In this document: one piece after another, positions 58,962-64,000 of the stretch | Layout: every line of letters starts with the position of its first letter | Numbering within the stretch: position 1 is the first letter of the stretch | Source: an uncultured archaeon | Lineage (GTDB): Archaea > Altiarchaeota > Altiarchaeia > JAFGQM01 | NCBI GenBank assembly: GCA_964619365.1 | Contig: CAZUDQ010000007.1 | Coordinates: 1-64,000 of the forward strand | Length of the DNA stretch: 64,000 nt | Direction of reading: 5' to 3' | Program-made: the position numbers and the translations under genes | Notes under the pieces: generated by a model | Database searches by the model: none | Told to the model about the DNA's origin: nothing | What the model saw: the letters and a program-made list of their open reading frames with translations, nothing else

Positions 58962-59060
58962 AGCTTCGATGAGGATGCGAACAACCCCTGAATAAAGGGT
59001 TTATGGTAGTCTAAACTGCCTAAGGCTTTTTCTGATGACAAATAGGCGAACTGAGAGGCT
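58962..59060 (+). ncRNA. C/D-box guide sRNA targeting the 23S rRNA A-loop
   Basis: C-like TCGATGA 58966-72, D' CTGA 58988-91, C' CTGATGA 59032-38, D CTGA 59051-54; guides gcgaacaaccc and aataggcgaa are antisense to GGUUGUUCGCCUAUU of 23S helix 92; terminal complementarity AGCTTC/GAGGCT. Confidence 0.82.
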
Positions 59061-59403
59061 AACTCAAATATTCTGTAAACTTGTTGTTCTCATCAACGAG
59101 GATAACCTTGGGACTTATTGGCTCGTCAGTAAGTTCAAAAGCCATAATTATGACCGTATCGCCTACTTTAACAAGGTTTGCAGCAGCGCCGTTAAGGCAG
59201 ATTACACCTGAACCTTTTTCTCCCGCGATTGCGTAAGTTTCAAGGCGGTTTCCGTTATTGATGTCTGCAATCAGGACTCGCTCGTTTTCAAGGATTCCCG
59301 TCTTTTCCATTAACTCAGAATCTATTGTTATGCTACCAATATAATCTGGCTCGGCTTGTGTGACTGTTGCCCTATGAATCTTTGCGTGGAGGATTTGTTT
59401 CAT
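59059..59403 (-). CDS. panD: Aspartate 1-decarboxylase (pyruvoyl type)
   Basis: [17 protein letters not shown] (G-S self-cleavage site), [14 protein letters not shown]. Confidence 0.96.
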   Translation of the reverse strand: MKQILHAKIHRATVTQAEPDYIGSITIDSELMEKTGILENERVLIADINNGNRLETYAIAGEKGSGVICLNGAAANLVKVGDTVIIMAFELTDEPISPKVILVDENNKFTEYLS

Positions 59404-59415
59404 TTAAAAGAGGTT

Positions 59416-59670
59416 TTAGTCGTGCTCATAAAACATCTTGTCCTGCGTTTTATCAGCCTTTCTGATGTACTCAATAAGCATTGCGGCGTGTTCTTTTTCC
59501 TCGTCGCGGTTGTGCTCAAGAATCTTTTTTAGGGCTTTATCTTTTGTCACTTCAGCGCGTTCCTGGTACCAGTTTATCGCTTCAAGTTCTTCAATTAAGG
59601 ACTGGCGTGCGCGCTCAAGGTCCTTTGTCTTCTCGCCTAAGTTTTCCCTGCCTTCGTGTTCTCCAGTCAT
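59416..59670 (-). CDS. Encapsulated-ferritin-like (EncFtn) protein
   Basis: RARQSLIEELEAINWYQER...LEHNRDEEKEHAAMLIEYIR. Confidence 0.88.
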   Translation of the reverse strand: MTGEHEGRENLGEKTKDLERARQSLIEELEAINWYQERAEVTKDKALKKILEHNRDEEKEHAAMLIEYIRKADKTQDKMFYEHD

Positions 59671-59772
59671 TTTGATTTCGGTATAATAGAAAGTCTGGCT
59701 TATTAATCTTTTTCAGAGATATTTTGTTTAATAATTCAAAAACATTAAAGAAAGGTGGGATTTGAGTGTAAA

Positions 59773-60555
59773 ATGAATTTGAAAAAACTTATAAAGGGGG
59801 AACCAAAGGAAAAGCCAAATTTCAAAAAGATAGCACAAAAGCAACCTTTGTGGGGTAATGCAAAAAGCATATTTGAAAACTTAATAAACTCCAAAGTATT
59901 TGTGATACATACTGTAACGGATGACAATAAGAAGCCTATTGTCTTTGTAGATCAAAATCCAAGGTCATTTGTGCCCATCTTTACTAAGGAGGGGAATGTT
60001 AAGCACTACTTGACGGATTATAAAGAGGGGATAGCAGAGAGTGCAAAACATATCTATCCAAAAGGCCTTAAGCATATCAATTTCTATTTCCCTGAGATGG
60101 ATGCGAAGAAATTCTTTACTTGGGCTTCAAAAGTGGGAGTACCCAACGTTGTGATAAATCCATATACCAAGGAACCCATAAACCTAAACAAGCAAGAAAT
60201 CAAGTATCTGGCAAAGGGGGATATTGCGGCAGATTACGAACCTGCATTAACTATACTGGAAAGCAAACTATCCAAGCTATTTGAAAAAACAGATTCAGTA
60301 AAAGAGGCTTTTTTCGCCGTGAGTCTAGAAGGTCCAGGTCTTTTGGAATACTCATTAATAATCATTACCAAAAAGCTCTCGGATAAAGAACTTGCTGAAC
60401 TTTCTAATAAAAAAATCGGGTCAGTATTAAATGGACTCTGTAAAGACTACGCGGTAAGTGTTTCTATATTTCAGGGAGAATCGAATAGGACAGAAAAGGA
60501 TGAGAAAGAAGGGAAAATCGTAAAGTTCTATTCAAAAATAGGGATTCTAACTTGA
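59773..60555 (+). CDS. SseB-like domain protein
   Basis: FVPIFT, VVINP, L...EI..L N-terminal pattern and VKEAFF C-terminal pattern; AT-rich. Confidence 0.6.
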   Translation: MNLKKLIKGEPKEKPNFKKIAQKQPLWGNAKSIFENLINSKVFVIHTVTDDNKKPIVFVDQNPRSFVPIFTKEGNVKHYLTDYKEGIAESAKHIYPKGLKHINFYFPEMDAKKFFTWASKVGVPNVVINPYTKEPINLNKQEIKYLAKGDIAADYEPALTILESKLSKLFEKTDSVKEAFFAVSLEGPGLLEYSLIIITKKLSDKELAELSNKKIGSVLNGLCKDYAVSVSIFQGESNRTEKDEKEGKIVKFYSKIGILT

Positions 60556-60562
60556 AAAAGGA

Positions 60563-60660
60563 TGCTCCGCCAGGATGTTGAGGTGTATGTATCTGCCGTG
60601 CACATGTCCTTGACCTCGGCAAGTGCATGTTTGAGGCTACCGCTGGTATGGATTAAAACA
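60563..60660. repeat. tRNA-Glu-linked structured unit (tRNA 3'-end copy + hairpin)
   Basis: tgctccgccaggat at 60563 resembles the tRNA end tgctcccgccgggat at 60661; stem tgttgaggt (60576-84) / acctcggca (60613-21); inner gtgtatg/cgtgcac. Confidence 0.8.
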
Positions 60661-60735
60661 TGCTCCCGCCGGGATTCGAACCCGGGTCTTCGGCTCGAAA
60701 GGCCGAAATGATTGGCCGTGCTACACTACAGGAGC
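60661..60735 (-). tRNA. tRNA-Glu(TTC)
   Basis: Cloverleaf: acceptor GCTCCTG/CGGGAGC, anticodon arm TCGGC-CTTTCGA-GCCGA, T arm CCGGG-TTCGAAT-CCCGG. Confidence 0.97.
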
Positions 60736-60964
60736 AAATGAAATTGTAGAATAGAGCCGAAAAGAAAATTCAGCCTAGCACAAGTGCGGAATTTAGAACT
60801 AGGGCATATAAAAAGCTTACGCGCTATTGACTTTACTGATAAAATAGTCAAATCGCTTTAATCTAAGGGCAAAGGGATGATTTTAGGGCAAAAAGTAATG
60901 AGTTTATCTCTTATTTTTATTACTCTAGTGTTTATATTATAAGAATAGGCAGTTAACCGATAAA

Positions 60965-61645
60965 ATGACATCTAAAATTGAAAGAATATCTACTGGAGTG
61001 GAAGGTTTAGATAAATTGATGGAAGGAGGCATCCCAAAGGGTTCAAGTCTACTCATAAGTGGTGCACCTGGAACTGGAAAAAGCACATTAGCCAGTCAAT
61101 TTATTGAAACCGGTTTACAGAATGGCGAGAAATGTTGTTATGTAAGTATTGAACAAGATCGGGATTCAATTTTAATGCAAAATCAGCGATTGGGCATATT
61201 CAAGGACAAAGAACCAGAAATACTCACATTAAAGGACTTGAAATCAGATGTTCTGAAAACCAAACCCAAAACAAGAGAGGATTTAACTAATATAATATTG
61301 GATAAAATTGAATCAATGAATCCTGACAGAGTCGTTTTGGACTCAATAAATGCATTAATGCTTGAAGATTCTCAAGACAATAGAGAAGTTAGTAGAAAAA
61401 TATGTAGAAAGCTAACTGATGATTCAACTACAGCAATACTCATTGGTGAAGCTTTATCTGGTGATTATCCCGATGAGTACACTCCGTTTTTAATGGACGG
61501 CGCGATTGTGTTATATTACATCAATTTTGGACCTCAAACAGGTAGAAGTTTGTTAATCAAAAAGATGCGATTTACTGAACACAGCGAAGATATTCATCCA
61601 ATAAAAATTAGTACGGGAAAGGGTTTCCAAGTAATCGGACAATAG
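60965..61645 (+). CDS. Single-domain KaiC/RAD55-like ATPase (paralog of 15385-16038)
   Basis: RISTGVEGLDKLMEGG, GAPGTGKS, VLDS, KMRFTEH. Confidence 0.9.
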   Translation: MTSKIERISTGVEGLDKLMEGGIPKGSSLLISGAPGTGKSTLASQFIETGLQNGEKCCYVSIEQDRDSILMQNQRLGIFKDKEPEILTLKDLKSDVLKTKPKTREDLTNIILDKIESMNPDRVVLDSINALMLEDSQDNREVSRKICRKLTDDSTTAILIGEALSGDYPDEYTPFLMDGAIVLYYINFGPQTGRSLLIKKMRFTEHSEDIHPIKISTGKGFQVIGQ

Positions 61646-61663
61646 GGTGTTGTCTAATAAACT

Positions 61664-62977
61664 TCATTCTGTAAGAAGCTTATCGTAGATGACTAAGGAA
61701 GTGACTGTTTGATTGTTGAACTGTACAGACCTTCCCCATTTTGATCCTATCTCTCCAAATGTGAAGAATCCAAAGAAAGGGGTATCGCCCACATCCTTTT
61801 TGAGTAATTTTAATGATTCGGGAAGATTCTCACCCAAAATTGCCTTTCTTGAAGAGCACTCAAAGGCCAGAATCACGCCCATTTTTTCTCCTTTGTGATC
61901 CCTATTTGCCTGCCTTACCGAATCCCTTAGGGCAGATTTTACATTTGAATCATCATACTGGGCAATATCGACAAATGAGTTTTCAACTAATCTGGGTATG
62001 GTCGCAAAAGAGTTGCCGTCTGGCGTAACTGCAATTGTCCTTAGATATATCTCCCCGTCAGAATCAAGCGTGGCAAATGGATTTGTGAACGTGTATTGCC
62101 AAGGATTCTTTAAGAAATCTTCCTTTTTTATGCCTAAAATTTTGCAGTATTCAGATACCGCTTCATTGTCATTTAGTTTGGTTATTATTCTTCCATCACC
62201 TGCTAGCTGCGATAGAAGTTCGATTCTTGGCGTAGCTTTGTAACCATGTTCTAGCCCGTACGAAAAATATAGGTCGGACACTGCAAATATGACGACAGCA
62301 GCCTTAGAATACACTTTGCCGTTTACAATCTGCCAACTCTCGGCGATATTTTGAGAGAGTTTTACAAAATCACTTGAAGCTGATGCCCCAAATATCGGAA
62401 CGTGAGTACCTATTGCGTTAGTTATCCCATTCAAAAACTCTGTTTCTTTGCCTGGAACGGGAACTCCCTTCTCATACCTTTGTCCGTCAATAAAAAGAAG
62501 AGTAAAATACGGTGGGTTCTTTATTATGTCGGCATAGCTCTTTTTTGTATGTCTCGAAAACTGAATATACGGGTCAGTAAGTCGGTCCGAATGGATATTT
62601 TCTGTAGCCTGTGTAATTGCAATCTTTCCTTTTTCTTCAGCATCTTCACGATAATTCTCGGCAACTGCGACACTAAAATGAAGATATTTGCTTGCAATTG
62701 AGAGAACCTGAATGCTATTTGATGCGTAACCTACCTCACTACTTATCTCTCCGTCTGAAGAAACCGCCGCCCAGTTTTCAGTACCAAGTATCCTGCTAAG
62801 GCCTTTGTTTACTTTTTCGGCATCATAATTTGAAGAGAAGAAAATGAGTGAGAACGTAGGATTTTCAGAAAGTTTGTTTACTGCCTTTTTAGCAGCTTCC
62901 ATGCTAGCTTCATAAGCATCCTTTAAATCACTTGAACCTATTGCTACCTTGATATTTTTTCCAGATGGTTTATTCAT
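61664..62977 (-). CDS. FIST-domain signal transduction protein
   Basis: LIFFSSNYD, SSDGEI, PIFGASAS, FECSSR, FGFFTFGEIG, FNNQTV. Confidence 0.9.
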   Translation of the reverse strand: MNKPSGKNIKVAIGSSDLKDAYEASMEAAKKAVNKLSENPTFSLIFFSSNYDAEKVNKGLSRILGTENWAAVSSDGEISSEVGYASNSIQVLSIASKYLHFSVAVAENYREDAEEKGKIAITQATENIHSDRLTDPYIQFSRHTKKSYADIIKNPPYFTLLFIDGQRYEKGVPVPGKETEFLNGITNAIGTHVPIFGASASSDFVKLSQNIAESWQIVNGKVYSKAAVVIFAVSDLYFSYGLEHGYKATPRIELLSQLAGDGRIITKLNDNEAVSEYCKILGIKKEDFLKNPWQYTFTNPFATLDSDGEIYLRTIAVTPDGNSFATIPRLVENSFVDIAQYDDSNVKSALRDSVRQANRDHKGEKMGVILAFECSSRKAILGENLPESLKLLKKDVGDTPFFGFFTFGEIGSKWGRSVQFNNQTVTSLVIYDKLLTE

Positions 62978-63116
62978 ATTACTCAATATATATTATTTAA
63001 CTTATGTACTATCTTTAAAAATGCACTTAATGGGCTATCTAATCCATAATTATAATTACTAATAGGTTTTATTGCAACGAGACTCAAATATAGCGGTTTT
63101 GATAGTGGTGAATACT

Positions 63117-64000
63117 ATGGCGATATTAAAGTGCATTGCATGCGGGAAAACTTATGAGATAACTGACCTTCGTTACCGTTGCGACTGTGGCGAGCTTCTT
63201 GAAGTGGAGCACGATCTTGAGACGCTTAAGGAGACCTTTACTAAGGAGCTTCTTGACTCACGTCTTGGCGCCCTTAAACTGCCATATTCAAGCGGTGTAT
63301 GGCGCTATAAAGAACTAATCCTTGACATTGATGACAAGTTCATCTGCTCGCGCCCTGAAGGAAACACCAATCAATACAAGTCTGAAAAAATCGCAGAGTA
63401 TACTGGCCTTTCAGATTTCTCACTTAAACACGAGGGCGAAAACCCGACTGGCTCATTTAAGGACCGCGGGATGACAGGAGGCATAAGCGCAGCAAAGATG
63501 CTTGGAGCAAAGACTGTTGCCTGCGCCTCAACCGGAAACACCTCAGCTTCAATGGCCGCGTATGCCGCAATGAACGGCATGAATGGTGTTGTCTTTATCC
63601 CTGAAGGAAAAATCGCCTTTGGAAAGCTCGCTCAGGCGATAGCCTACGGTTCAAAGGTAATCCAGATAGAAGGCGACTTTGACGATGCTATGGCACTAGT
63701 CCAGGAAGCCTCCTTAGAACTTGGAATGTATCTTCTTAACTCTGTTAACCCATTTAGGATTGAGGGGCAAAAGGCAATTTCAATTGAAGCCATCCAACAA
63801 AGAGGCTGGGATGTTCCTGACTGGTTTGTCCTTCCGGGTGGAAACCTTGGTAACTCAAGTGCCATGGGCAAAGCCATGATGGAATTAAAAGAACTCGGCA
63901 TAATCGATAAGGTTCCGCGAATAGCTGTTATTCAGGCGCATGGTGCAAACCCGTTCTATAAATATTTCAATAACGATTACCAGGACTTTGCTTCAGTCAA
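63117..64000 (+). CDS. thrC: Threonine synthase (truncated by window end)
   Basis: N-terminal CxxCG...CDCG; KHEGENPTGSFKDRG PLP-lysine motif; CASTGNTSAS; PGGNLGNSSA. Confidence 0.93.
   Translation, partial: MAILKCIACGKTYEITDLRYRCDCGELLEVEHDLETLKETFTKELLDSRLGALKLPYSSGVWRYKELILDIDDKFICSRPEGNTNQYKSEKIAEYTGLSDFSLKHEGENPTGSFKDRGMTGGISAAKMLGAKTVACASTGNTSASMAAYAAMNGMNGVVFIPEGKIAFGKLAQAIAYGSKVIQIEGDFDDAMALVQEASLELGMYLLNSVNPFRIEGQKAISIEAIQQRGWDVPDWFVLPGGNLGNSSAMGKAMMELKELGIIDKVPRIAVIQAHGANPFYKYFNNDYQDFASV

Noticed and set aside
60768-60851. Hairpins upstream of tRNA-Glu (cctag...ctagg; ttgact...agtcaa)
   Set aside because: Short, single-copy inverted repeats in AT-rich DNA with no independent support.

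Overview
This window is archaeal chromosomal DNA. Markers are Alba, an archaeal ATP-dependent ligase, a NusA-like KH protein, DUF460, intron-less tRNAs lacking CCA, single-domain KaiC/RAD55 ATPases and a C/D-box sRNA. Leaderless AT-rich starts, Cys-rich secreted proteins and basic orphans suggest a DPANN-type lineage (inference). It is gene-dense. It holds a Tad-like type IV pilus locus with a neighbouring 1.6-kaa surface protein, a VapBC pair, ECF and ABC transporters, and many scattered biosynthetic genes (serA-like, aroA, chorismate mutase, hisF, hisI, argC, thrC, pyrE, panD), several of bacterial type (aspS, panD, gpmA). The most striking unexplained signal is at the tRNA genes. All three (Arg-TCT, Val-GAC, Glu-TTC) are followed by a 93-99 bp unit that ends in a copy of that tRNA's own 3' end, starting at tRNA position 59. 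Each unit carries a covarying hairpin with a shared (A/T)TGAC motif, and tRNA-Arg has two units in tandem. Also found: an unannotated dual-guide C/D-box sRNA aimed at the 23S rRNA A-loop, a dispersed GTAAGAAAATCTTAC palindromic element, two small genes missed by the ORF track, and a set of very basic orphan proteins, mostly starting M-P-x-P-K/R-like, that includes FHA-like and HTH-repeat paralog pairs. No CRISPR, rRNA, integrase or transposase gene was seen. All product calls come from motif recognition by eye, not database searches.
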